A DNA stretch of 64,000 bases from Alphaproteobacteria bacterium (GTDB taxonomy: Bacteria > Pseudomonadota > Alphaproteobacteria > JAAXGF01), in the NCBI GenBank assembly GCA_963555825.3, contig CAUVXB020000002.1:2272001-2336000 (forward strand), given 5' to 3'. A program made the position numbers and the translations under genes. Shown piece after piece: positions 53,986 through 64,000 of this stretch (position 1 is the stretch's first letter; every line of letters begins with the position of its first letter). A model generated the notes under the pieces. That model saw only the letters and a program-made list of their open reading frames with translations. It searched no databases and was not told the origin of the DNA.

Positions 53986-56437
53986 TCAGTTCCCGCCGAG
54001 AACCCTCATCAGGCTGTCCTTCAGACCCGGGAAGTTCCCCGACCGGATGGAAGGCGGTGTGTTGATCTCAAGGATTGCCAGTTTCTCGGCCGGGCTCGCG
54101 CGGACATACGTTTCGGTGATCTTGATGTCCGCATGCCCGAGCCACAACGAGACCTTCCGTATATCGTCGGTGGCATGCAGGATCGTCATTGCCGTCGAGT
54201 GACGGAGCACATGCGGGGTCACCCGCTTGGTGTCGATCGACGGGACCTTCTGGGCCGCCGTGGCGACATGCTGCTTGAGGATGTATGCGAAGCCGTCCGT
54301 GCTCATTGCCCGCCCCCGTGCGTTGAGGAACAGGTAGCGGTTGTTGACGGCCGGCCGGACGTCGAGCCACTCATTGAGGACGGTTTTCGTTTCCCTCCAC
54401 AGCGGCAGTTCGCGCTCGCGCCGCCCCTTGCCCAGGACGCGGATAGTCTCAAGCTGGGAACCCGACAGGCTGTCGAGGGTGAGTCCGGTCAGTTCCGACA
54501 CCCGCAGCCCGGCGGCGTAGCACAGGTGCAGCATCGCGCGGTCGCGCAAGCCTGGCGATGTCCCTATCTCTGTTGAAATTCGTGGGGCAGGCGTCGCTGG
54601 TTGATGATGCTATGCTGCCTTCATGATGGTTTCAATGGCACTGTCGGCCTGAGCCTTTCTCAAGTGTTCCTGGAGAGCATTTCGGAGGATGGGCAGCTGG
54701 CGATAGGCCTTGAGGCGACGGAAGGTTTTCTGGGCCTCCAGCAGGCCGGCGGCGGTCCATCTGAGCGCCATCTCGGCGTGTCTCCAGCGTTTGACGTTGC
54801 GGGTGACCTGGCGCACCGTGCCGAGCGCGTTCTCGACGATGTTGGTGCAGGCGAGCGAGCGCCGGAGTTCGTGCGGCAGGCCGAGGCGGATGACGGTGAG
54901 GATCTCGTCCAGCCCCTCCAGGATGCTGCCCGAGACGCCCGGTTCCTCATGCTCCAGACGCCGGACCAGGTTGCGCAAGAGCCGCTCGGCCTTGTTTGCG
55001 TCGTCCTGGTCCCAGGCCTGACGGAGCGCCTTCTTGACGCTCGCGTGCAAATGTTGGGGCAGGCGCTCGATGATGTTACGGCCCTTGTGGACCTGGCAGC
55101 GCTGGATGGCGGCGGCCACACCGAAGGTGTTTCGGATCGCTTTGCTGAGTGCCTTCGCGCCATCGACGATGAACAGCCGCGGCAGTGTCGGATCGAGCCC
55201 CCTGGCGAGGAGATTGTCGATCAAGGCCTGGACGACGACCGTGTTCTCCGTCGCCCCCTCGACCACGGCCAGGACATGCTTGTCGCCGTTGCCATCGACG
55301 CCGATCGCCGCCATCAGGACATGGTCGCCGACATGCAGACCGTCGATCTGGATGACTAGCAGGTCGAGTTCCGAGAGATCCGAGGCGAGCCAGGCCTTCA
55401 TCTTCTTGCGTGACAGCGCCACAAAGCGCCGGGAAACGGCCGACTTCGAGGTGCCGTCGCCACGCGCTTTCGCCAGGTCGCCCTCGGGCAGACGGACCGC
55501 GCGGTGGTACTTGCGGGTCGACACGTTCAGGACCATCAGGTTGAGCGCCCACTCGAGCAGCAGGTTGCCATCGCGTAGCGCCTGCCAACTCTCCAAGCTC
55601 ACCTCTTTGCCCGCCCGGTCACGAACCCGTGGCCGGGCCACCTTCACTTTGCCGCCGTGGTAGCCGATCTCGCTATGTGTCCTGCCCCAGCGATAACCTC
55701 GACGGTCCCCATGGCGGCGATGTCGGGCCCCGCACACGGTCGTGGCGTCCTCCTCCATCATCTCGGCCAAGGCCTCGACCCCGGCCAGAAGACAAAACCG
55801 ATCCACGCTGAGATGGACTGCGTCCATCGCGTCCGCCAGCGGCGGCATAGGAATCGAGGGGGCAAGGGCTTTCGGGCGGCTGGAACTACGGATATTCTTT
55901 CCCATGGTGTCGTTCTCCCTTTTGGGTTTGCAGCACCCGGAGCCTAACGGCTCCAGGAGAGCGACACCTACCTCAACTTTTCAACATCGACCGGGACATC
56001 CCCCGCAAGCCTGCCACCGTTGCGGTATCCGGAGCATCCAGGATCGCCTGCATCTCGGTCCGGTCGAGCCAGTCGATCAGGGGCTTGTCGGCGCGCTTCT
56101 GCGGGATGGCGCGCACCTGCAATGCGTGGTCGAGGCAGCTCGGGACACGGTATTCCACGTACCGGAAGAAGGACTTGATGGCGGCGAGGCGGATATTGCG
56201 CGTGCCGATGCTGTTGTTGCGAACCTTCTCCAGGGATTCGAGGAAGGCCAGCAGGAGCGCCACCGTGAAGTGCTCGATTTTCAAAGCACAGGGGCGGACT
56301 TTGATTTGCTCCGCCGCGTAGAGGACGAGCAGCCGGAAGCACTCGGTATAGCTCTGCACGGTGTGTCGGCTGAAGCGCCGCTCGTTGGGCAGGTGCTCCT
56401 GCAGGAAGGCGGTGAGATGGGGGGCAAGATCAGTCAT
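53986..56437 (-). pseudogene. RIT tyrosine recombinase C, split by IS256
   Basis: MTDLAPHLTAF..AGL-RDRAML, GLRVSEL, GKGRRER, TPHVLRHS, WLGHAD..TETY. Confidence 0.92.
54554..56003 (-). mobile_element. IS256 type B isoform (transposase 54610-55905)
   Basis: Ends GGCGATGTCCC / GGGACATCCCC; 9-bp duplication CGCAAGCCT; close relative of 5107-6556. Confidence 0.95.
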
Positions 56438-57368
56438 CGGACCCTCCATTCGCGTGAGCCTGCTGCGCGGCCTCGGCGATGCCGCGCAGCAGGACCGGGG
56501 TCGATTCCAGATACCAATAGGTGCTCGAGACCCCGACATGGCCGAGGTAGGTGGCGAGGGCCAATATGTGACGGTCCGGGTTGACGCCGGGAGCCAGGTT
56601 CTCAAGTGACCGGACGGCGAAAGAATGCCGTAGCGAGTGCGGGGTCGGTCCTCGTGCCGCGTCGGGTTCCCGGATTCCCGCTTGCTCCGCGATTTTGCGG
56701 AAGACGTGATCCGCATACTGTCTATGTGGGCACCGGCCGGTGGCGATCACGAACAGATGCCGGTCTGGAGTTTTCTCCTTGAGTCGTGCATCCAGATAGC
56801 GGTTCAGCGCATCCCAGGTGGTCGGGTGCAGCGCGACCATCCTCGTCTTGCCGAACTTCGTGTCTCGGATGACGAGGCCGTCAGGCGTGATGTCGTCCAG
56901 CGTCAATGCGAGGGCTTCGCCGATGCGCAGGCCGGTTGCGGCGATGAGACCGAACAGGTGGTGCCAGGTCAGCGGGGCGATGGTGCCGACGGGCCGCATG
57001 GACAGTGCCGCTGTCAGCAGTTTCTGGATGTCCGGGACCGATACCAGGTACGGCTGCGGTCTCCTTTTGGACAGATGACCTAGAGCATCACGGGGCGGCA
57101 CCTCGTGACGTGGGTCCTCGGCATGCAGCCAGCAGGCCATGGCATGGACCGCTCGCAGCTTGCTCACTCGCTCGTTTCGTGACGCCGCCGCCGATGCCGA
57201 TGCCCATTCGAGGGCTGTCTCGTAACGGATGAATGTTTCGTCACGGCCCTCGGCGAACCGCGCAAAGCTCCGCAGTGTCGTCCCGCTCCGCGTGAACCGG
57301 TAACCGACCCTTTGCTTCATCGCGACAAAGCGCTCGATATGCTCTGTGATGGTGGCTTTCTCCGTCAT
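56430..57368 (-). CDS. RIT tyrosine recombinase B
   Basis: TGLRIGEAL, TKFGKTR, HSLRHSFAV, YLGH..STYWYL. Confidence 0.93.
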   Translation of the reverse strand: MTEKATITEHIERFVAMKQRVGYRFTRSGTTLRSFARFAEGRDETFIRYETALEWASASAAASRNERVSKLRAVHAMACWLHAEDPRHEVPPRDALGHLSKRRPQPYLVSVPDIQKLLTAALSMRPVGTIAPLTWHHLFGLIAATGLRIGEALALTLDDITPDGLVIRDTKFGKTRMVALHPTTWDALNRYLDARLKEKTPDRHLFVIATGRCPHRQYADHVFRKIAEQAGIREPDAARGPTPHSLRHSFAVRSLENLAPGVNPDRHILALATYLGHVGVSSTYWYLESTPVLLRGIAEAAQQAHANGGSDD

Positions 57369-58936
57369 GCCTCGATCCCTCCGATCCAGGGCTGGGCGAT
57401 CTCCTGCAACATGACCGCATCGGTCTTGGCGTAGATCATGGTGGTGTCGGGGGAGGCGTGCCGGAGCAGCGATTGGATGACATCGAGCGTTGCTCCCGAC
57501 CTGAGCAACGCTGTCGCCTGGGAGTGGCGGAACGCATGCGCACCGCGACCGGCGAAGGTCTTGACCCCGACGCGGTCGAGTGCGCGTTCCGCCACAGCAC
57601 TGACGGTGCTTGAGTCGGTGAACGGTCGACAGGGTGCGTTGACGCAGAGGAACACCTTCTCCTCATCCACCCTTGGCCGCACCGTCGCGATATAGGCATG
57701 GAGCGCGTCGCCGGCATCCTGGGGCAGCGGCAGAGCCGTCTGCCGTCGTGACTTTCCCGAGACACGGATCTCGGCCCTGTCCCAGTCGATATCGCCGAGG
57801 CGCAGGGCAACGATGTCCCCTGCCCGCAGTGCAAGTCGTGCCAGAAGCAGCAGGATCGCCCGGTCGCGTACGCCCATAGGGTCATCACCGCAGGAGGCGA
57901 TGGTGCGCGCGACATCGTCGGCCGGGATGTACCGTGGCAAGGTTGACAACCGCCACTGAGGCACCGTCGGCACGGCCCCGACCAGCGCTGCCGCGATGCT
58001 GCCTTCCGATACCAGGAACCGAAGGTACATGCGCATCACGGTTGTCAGCCTCTGGGCGTAGCTTCGCGACCAGGGCTCCATATGCTCGAACAGCACTCGC
58101 CGGATCAGTGCCGCGCCATAACCCCCGGGATCATCTCCAAGGTGAGGCAGCATCTCTGCGATCAAACGGACATGCTGGCGTATAGTCCCCGGGCAGATGC
58201 CGCGATGGCGTTCAAGCCACACGGCGTACCTCTCAAGGCGAGCGGACGGCGCCTTCTCGCCCGGGAACGGCTCCAGGGGTTCAATCCGCCCGATTGCGAC
58301 GAGATGCTTCAGGAAGCCGCGGACTTCGGTTCGGTAAGCGGTTCCGGGTGACTGCGTTTCGTGGCCGCAGAACATCCCGGGGATTGAGCAGACGAACTGC
58401 CTGTTCCGGAAGCGTGCATAAATATCCGGTGTCAGATCGCGCAGGCGGATCCGTGAGAGGTGGAGCCAGACAATGAGACCGGCGCAGCCGTAACGGTACA
58501 GTTTGATGGTTGCGGTCGCATATCTACCGCGGCGCAAGCCCGCGAGGAACGCGTCCAGCAACTGGAAATTGTCGTCCAGCTCACCCGGCGTCTCGATCCG
58601 CCCCGTCCGCTCAAGGAAGCGGATGAACGTCATGAGTTTGGGCGACGTGCGGCCCTTGCGCCAGCGGCGAGGCCGGACAGGTGCGGACGATGCGGCACAA
58701 CGGCAATCGTGCCGCAGAAAGCGGTCGATGACTGTGGCGTCGACTGTTTTGAGCGCGATACCGGTGAGCTCAAGCCAGATCAGGAAGTGACGGGCGGCAT
58801 ACCGGTACTTGGGGAACTGACCTTCAGCAATCTCGCCGCGACGACGAAGATCGTCAATGAACGCGAAAATGCTTGCGTCGAAGCCGGCCAGTGCTGTGGT
58901 CCCCAGCAGGGGCCGGCGGTTGGGTGTCGAAGACAT
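57365..58936 (-). CDS. RIT tyrosine recombinase A (long N-terminus)
   Basis: RDRAILLLLARLALRAGD, GKSRR, HAFRHS, LRHASPDTTMIYAK. Confidence 0.93.
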   Translation of the reverse strand: MSSTPNRRPLLGTTALAGFDASIFAFIDDLRRRGEIAEGQFPKYRYAARHFLIWLELTGIALKTVDATVIDRFLRHDCRCAASSAPVRPRRWRKGRTSPKLMTFIRFLERTGRIETPGELDDNFQLLDAFLAGLRRGRYATATIKLYRYGCAGLIVWLHLSRIRLRDLTPDIYARFRNRQFVCSIPGMFCGHETQSPGTAYRTEVRGFLKHLVAIGRIEPLEPFPGEKAPSARLERYAVWLERHRGICPGTIRQHVRLIAEMLPHLGDDPGGYGAALIRRVLFEHMEPWSRSYAQRLTTVMRMYLRFLVSEGSIAAALVGAVPTVPQWRLSTLPRYIPADDVARTIASCGDDPMGVRDRAILLLLARLALRAGDIVALRLGDIDWDRAEIRVSGKSRRQTALPLPQDAGDALHAYIATVRPRVDEEKVFLCVNAPCRPFTDSSTVSAVAERALDRVGVKTFAGRGAHAFRHSQATALLRSGATLDVIQSLLRHASPDTTMIYAKTDAVMLQEIAQPWIGGIEA

Positions 58937-59112
58937 TTGTTGTCGTCCTCCATCTGATCGAAAGGGAGGACGACTTTGCCGGAAAACTGACTACCAGAAT
59001 TAATGCCGAGCGAATCGGTGGGAAATCGGCGCGGACAAGCCGTTCCCCGCACGTCACTCGGCATTAGCAACTACTCGGCATTATTCTCGCCGCCGCATAA
59101 CGGCACCCTTCA

Positions 59113-59156
59113 GGGTCGGCCCCCGCCATCACACAGCGGAGGTCGGCCCCTTTTTT
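59113..59156 (+). terminator. Rho-independent terminator after the DUF2493 stop
   Basis: GC-rich imperfect stem followed by TTTTTT, 12 bp after the TAA at 59098-59100. Confidence 0.65.
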
Positions 59157-59442
59157 ATGCCGGGTGCATAAAGTCACGGCCCATGGCGGGGCGCTTCGCG
59201 CCACCGCCAATTGTGCGAGCTTACGCTCGCTGTCGGCTCCTCGTTCTTCGAACGATGCATCGCCGCCTCACGGCACGGCGCTTCGCGCCATCGCCGTACG
59301 CGGGCGCTGACGCGCCACGCCATCGCCCGGCCCATCCCCCATTGCCACTTCATTATCCGCATCCCGAAAACCGCCACGACGGACCGCCGTTCTTCGGACC
59401 GCGGTTCGTTGATTCGCGAACCCATATGCGCCGTCGTTCGGC

Positions 59443-59745
59443 TCAGAACGGATCACTGCCTTCTTCCGACACCATGGACCTGGCGGCCTCGGCAACCTTC
59501 CTTCCCGGCAATACGCCCTTGTCCAGAAAGGTCCGCAGACTGCGCTCCGTGATATCGATGCCGCCCGATTTCAACACTTCATGCATCTGAGCCACCGTAA
59601 CCCCCTTGGCCTGTTGCTCGACCAATCGCTTCCGCAAACGGTCCAGCACATCCGTCAGGCTCAGCTTGGGCGGCACAAGTTTCGCCAATTCGCCATCCAT
59701 GGCATCGAAGTCGATATCCGCTTCGTTGAAGCGTTTCGCCGGCAT
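59443..59745 (-). CDS. Small hypothetical HTH-like protein, possibly a plasmid mobilisation accessory
   Basis: 100 aa; AKGVTVAQMHEVLKSGGIDITERSLRTFL; ends EEGSDPF. Confidence 0.55.
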   Translation of the reverse strand: MPAKRFNEADIDFDAMDGELAKLVPPKLSLTDVLDRLRKRLVEQQAKGVTVAQMHEVLKSGGIDITERSLRTFLDKGVLPGRKVAEAARSMVSEEGSDPF

Positions 59746-59985
59746 CGTCCATCTCCCCGCTGTTTCCAGAATTCGCAATCAGGCCCGAATTCTGCCATTG
59801 GCCCGACAGCCGGTCAATTCCGCCATTCGAACGGCCATTTCAAGTGTGCCGCCACGTTCCAAGGCAGGGCCAAATTCCCCTTGATCTCCGATTATGCAGT
59901 CTATATCCTCTCGCGAAACGTAACGAGTAATAATAACCTTCTGACACCTCTGCACAGAATGTGCACGTTAAAACCTAAGCAAAAC

Positions 59986-62900
59986 TAGTGTCCCGATTCC
60001 GAAGTTCGCATGATTTTCGCCTGCTGTTCAGCGATTTCGATTGTTCGGAGGCAGAAGCGCTGGATGGCGCCGAGGATGTCATCGGCGGATTTGGTCCATT
60101 TGAAGGGTTTGGGGTTCTGGTTTGTCGTGTCGATGTAGTCGAGGATGGTGCGCTCCAACTCCTTGGTGGAGCGATGGACGCCGCGCCTGATCTGCTTGTC
60201 GGTCAGCAGCCCGAACCAGCGCTCGACCTGGTTCAGCCAGGAGGCGCTGGTGGGTGTGAAATGGGCCTGCCAGCGCGGCCGTTTGGCGAACCAGTCGCGG
60301 ATCGCCTTGGTCTTGTGGGTCCCGTAGTTGTCCATGACGATGTGGATGTCGAGATCAGCAGGGACGTTCGCCTCGACGAGGTCGAGGAATTTGCGGAACT
60401 CTCGGGCCCGATGGCGCGGGAAACATTTGCCGATGATCTCTCCCGTGGCGATGTCGAGGGCCGCGAAGAGAGAGGTCGTGCCGTGGCGCTTGTAGTCGTG
60501 GCTGCGCCGCTCCGCCTGCCCGGGGCGCATCGGCAAGAGGGGCTGGGAACGGTCCAGGGCCTGGATCTGGCTCTTTTCGTCGACACAGAGAACCAGGGCA
60601 CGATCCGGCGGCGCCAAATACAGACCGACGATGTCGCGGACCTTCTCCACGAAGAAGGGATCGCTCGACAGCTTGAAGGTCTCCGAGCGATGCGGCTGCA
60701 AGCCGAAGGCCCGCCAGATGCGATGAATGGTCGAGGGCGCGTGGCCGCTCGCCCGCGCCATCGAGCGAAGGCTCCAATGGGTCGCGTCCGGCGGCGTCTC
60801 TTCCAGCGTCAGCCGGACCGCTTCCGCGATGGCGTCATCGCCGATTTGACGCGGCGCGCCGGGGCGGGGTTCGTCGTACAGACCGTCGAGGCCCTCCGCC
60901 GCATAGCGGCGACGCCACTTGCCCACGGTGTCCGCGCTCGCCTCGAGACGAACGGCGATCTCCTTGTTCTCCAACCCTTCCGCCGCCGCCAAGACGATCC
61001 GAGCCCGCCGCGCAAGCCCCTGCGACGTCTTGCGACGACGAGACAGCGCCTCCAATTCGGCGCGCTCGTCATCGCTCAAAGAGATCGTCACCGCCACTCT
61101 CGCCATCAATCGCGCCTCCTAAAAACAAATAGAGACATAATCATATCAATTTATCGATCAGGACACTAGTGTCCCGATTCCGAAGTTCGCATGATTTTCG
61201 TGCTGTTCAGCGATTTCGATTGTTCGGAGGCAGAAGCGCTGGATGGCGCCGAGGATGTCATCGGCGGATTTGGTCCATTTGAAGGGTTTGGGGTTCTGGT
61301 TTGTCGTGTCGATGTAGTCGAGGATGGTGCGCTCCAACTCCTTGGTGGAGCGATGGACGCCGCGCCTGATCTGCTTGTCGGTCAGCAGCCCGAACCAGCG
61401 CTCGACCTGGTTCAGCCAGGAGGCGCTGGTGGGTGTGAAATGGGCCTGCCAGCGCGGCCGTTTGGCGAACCAGTCGCGGATCGCCTTGGTCTTGTGGGTC
61501 CCGTAGTTGTCCATGACGATGTGGATGTCGAGATCAGCAGGGACGTTCGCCTCGACGAGGTCGAGGAATTTGCGGAACTCTCGGGCCCGATGGCGCGGGA
61601 AACATTTGCCGATGATCTCTCCCGTGGCGATGTCGAGGGCCGCGAAGAGAGAGGTCGTGCCGTGGCGCTTGTAGTCGTGGCTGCGCCGCTCCGCCTGCCC
61701 GGGGCGCATCGGCAAGAGGGGCTGGGAACGGTCCAGGGCCTGGATCTGGCTCTTTTCGTCGACACAGAGAACCAGGGCACGATCCGGCGGCGCCAAATAC
61801 AGACCGACGATGTCGCGGACCTTCTCCACGAAGAAGGGATCGCTCGACAGCTTGAAGGTCTCCGAGCGATGCGGCTGCAAGCCGAAGGCCCGCCAGATGC
61901 GATGAATGGTCGAGGGCGCGTGGCCGCTCGCCCGCGCCATCGAGCGAAGGCTCCAATGGGTCGCGTCCGGCGGCGTCTCTTCCAGCGTCAGCCGGACCGC
62001 TTCCGCGATGGCGTCATCGCCGATTTGACGCGGCGCGCCGGGGCGGGGTTCGTCGTACAGACCGTCGAGGCCCTCCGCCGCATAGCGGCGACGCCACTTG
62101 CCCACGGTGTCCGCGCTCGCCTCGAGACGAACGGCGATCTCCTTGTTCTCCAACCCTTCCGCCGCCGCCAAGACGATCCGAGCCCGCCGCGCAAGCCCCT
62201 GCGACGTCTTGCGACGACGAGACAGCGCCTCCAATTCGGCGCGCTCGTCATCGCTCAAAGAGATCGTCACCGCCACTCTCGCCATCAATCGCGCCTCCTA
62301 AAAACAAATAGAGACATAATCATATCAATTTATCGATCAGGACACTAGTGTCCCGATTCCGAAGTTCGCATGATTTTCGCCTGCTGTTCAGCGATTTCGA
62401 TTGTTCGGAGGCAGAAGCGCTGGATGGCGCCGAGGATGTCATCGGCGGATTTGGTCCATTTGAAGGGTTTGGGGTTCTGGTTTGTCGTGTCGATGTAGTC
62501 GAGGATGGTGCGCTCCAACTCCTTGGTGGAGCGATGGACGCCGCGCCTGATCTGCTTGTCGGTCAGCAGCCCGAACCAGCGCTCGACCTGGTTCAGCCAG
62601 GAGGCGCTGGTGGGTGTGAAATGGGCCTGCCAGCGCGGCCGTTTGGCGAACCAGTCGCGGATCGCCTTGGTCTTGTGGGTCCCGTAGTTGTCCATGACGA
62701 TGTGGATGTCGAGATCAGCAGGGACGTTCGCCTCGACGAGGTCGAGGAATTTGCGGAACTCTCGGGCCCGATGGCGCGGGAAACATTTGCCGATGATCTC
62801 TCCCGTGGCGATGTCGAGGGCCGCGAAGAGAGAGGTCGTGCCGTGGCGCTTGTAGTCGTGGCTGCGCCGCTCCGCCTGCCCGGGGCGCATCGGCAAGAGG

Positions 62901-64000
62901 GGCTGGGAACGGTCCAGGGCCTGGATCTGGCTCTTTTCGTCGACACAGAGAACCAGGGCACGATCCGGCGGCGCCAAATACAGACCGACGATGTCGCGGA
63001 CCTTCTCCACGAAGAAGGGATCGCTCGACAGCTTGAAGGTCTCCGAGCGATGCGGCTGCAAGCCGAAGGCCCGCCAGATGCGATGAATGGTCGAGGGCGC
63101 GTGGCCGCTCGCCCGCGCCATCGAGCGAAGGCTCCAATGGGTCGCGTCCGGCGGCGTCTCTTCCAGCGTCAGCCGGACCGCTTCCGCGATGGCGTCATCG
63201 CCGATTTGACGCGGCGCGCCGGGGCGGGGTTCGTCGTACAGACCGTCGAGGCCCTCCGCCGCATAGCGGCGACGCCACTTGCCCACGGTGTCCGCGCTCG
63301 CCTCGAGACGAACGGCGATCTCCTTGTTCTCCAACCCTTCCGCCGCCGCCAAGACGATCCGAGCCCGCCGCGCAAGCCCCTGCGACGTCTTGCGACGACG
63401 AGACAGCGCCTCCAATTCGGCGCGCTCGTCATCGCTCAAAGAGATCGTCACCGCCACTCTCGCCATCAATCGCGCCTCCTAAAAACAAATAGAGACATAA
63501 TCATATCAATTTATCGATCAGGACACTAGTGTCCCGATTCCGAAGTTCGCATGATTTTCGCCTGCTGTTCAGCGATTTCGATTGTTCGGAGGCAGAAGCG
63601 CTGGATGGCGCCGAGGATGTCATCGGCGGATTTGGTCCATTTGAAGGGTTTGGGGTTCTGGTTTGTCGTGTCGATGTAGTCGAGGATGGTGCGCTCCAAC
63701 TCCTTGGTGGAGCGATGGACGCCGCGCCTGATCTGCTTGTCGGTCAGCAGCCCGAACCAGCGCTCGACCTGGTTCAGCCAGGAGGCGCTGGTGGGTGTGA
63801 AATGGGCCTGCCAGCGCGGCCGTTTGGCGAACCAGTCGCGGATCGCCTTGGTCTTGTGGGTCCCGTAGTTGTCCATGACGATGTGGATGTCGAGATCAGC
63901 AGGGACGTTCGCCTCGACGAGGTCGAGGAATTTGCGGAACTCTCGGGCCCGATGGCGCGGGAAACATTTGCCGATGATCTCTCCCGTGGCGATGTCGAGG
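59986..64000 (-). mobile_element. Head-to-tail array of at least 4 IS630 type C elements (single-ORF transposases 59985-61109, 61158-62288, 62345-63469, and a partial from 63526)
   Basis: Periods 1181, 1179 and 1181 bp; junctions GGACAC-TA-GTGTCC; CVDEKSQ, MDNYGTH, SWLNQVE motifs; copy 2 has a 2-bp deletion near 61200. Confidence 0.95.

Larger units (their letters stand above)
53867..59083 (-). mobile_element. RIT (recombinase-in-trio) element
   Basis: Three overlapping tyrosine recombinases; 99-bp IRs at 53893-53991 and 58985-59083 (97/99); flanking TTCTCG direct repeats at 53861-53866 and 59084-59089. Confidence 0.92.

Noticed and set aside
59985-64000. Regular repeats as a CRISPR or other repeat-spacer array
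   Set aside because: The units are whole 1.18-kb IS630 copies with no unique spacers; no cas genes or CRISPR-like repeats were seen in the window.

Overview
GC-rich DNA, probably alphaproteobacterial, more than half of it insertion sequences. Families present are IS1380 x3, IS256 x3, IS630 (three types, at least 9 copies, including a head-to-tail array of 4 or more at the right end), IS21 x3, IS3-family x4, IS66 x2, IS6, IS30, IS1182 and one IS110/IS1111, many of them nested. They sit on a decaying ICE/plasmid backbone (ParB-like protein, GHKL ATPase, ssb, DUF2493/SLOG, umuDC-like pair, adenine methyltransferases, integrase remnants, a RIT recombinase trio) plus cargo (outer-membrane barrel, DMT transporter, sodC, solute-binding protein with BCCT transporter). 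Strongest observations: (1) the IS1111-type element has a 3' non-coding region with two parallel guide-hairpin-guide modules matching its insertion site in IS21 istA and its own circle junction, i.e. a readable bridge/seek RNA, and an empty target remains in the second IS21 copy; (2) the ParB-like protein ends in an acidic linker plus LEIPAFLRR, like the FtsZ C-terminal peptide; (3) the UmuD homolog lacks the propeptide and the catalytic Ser/Lys; (4) the DUF2493 gene was split by two tyrosine-recombinase systems; (5) several target-duplication rules are atypical. All calls come from reading the sequence and recalled motifs; no searches were run.
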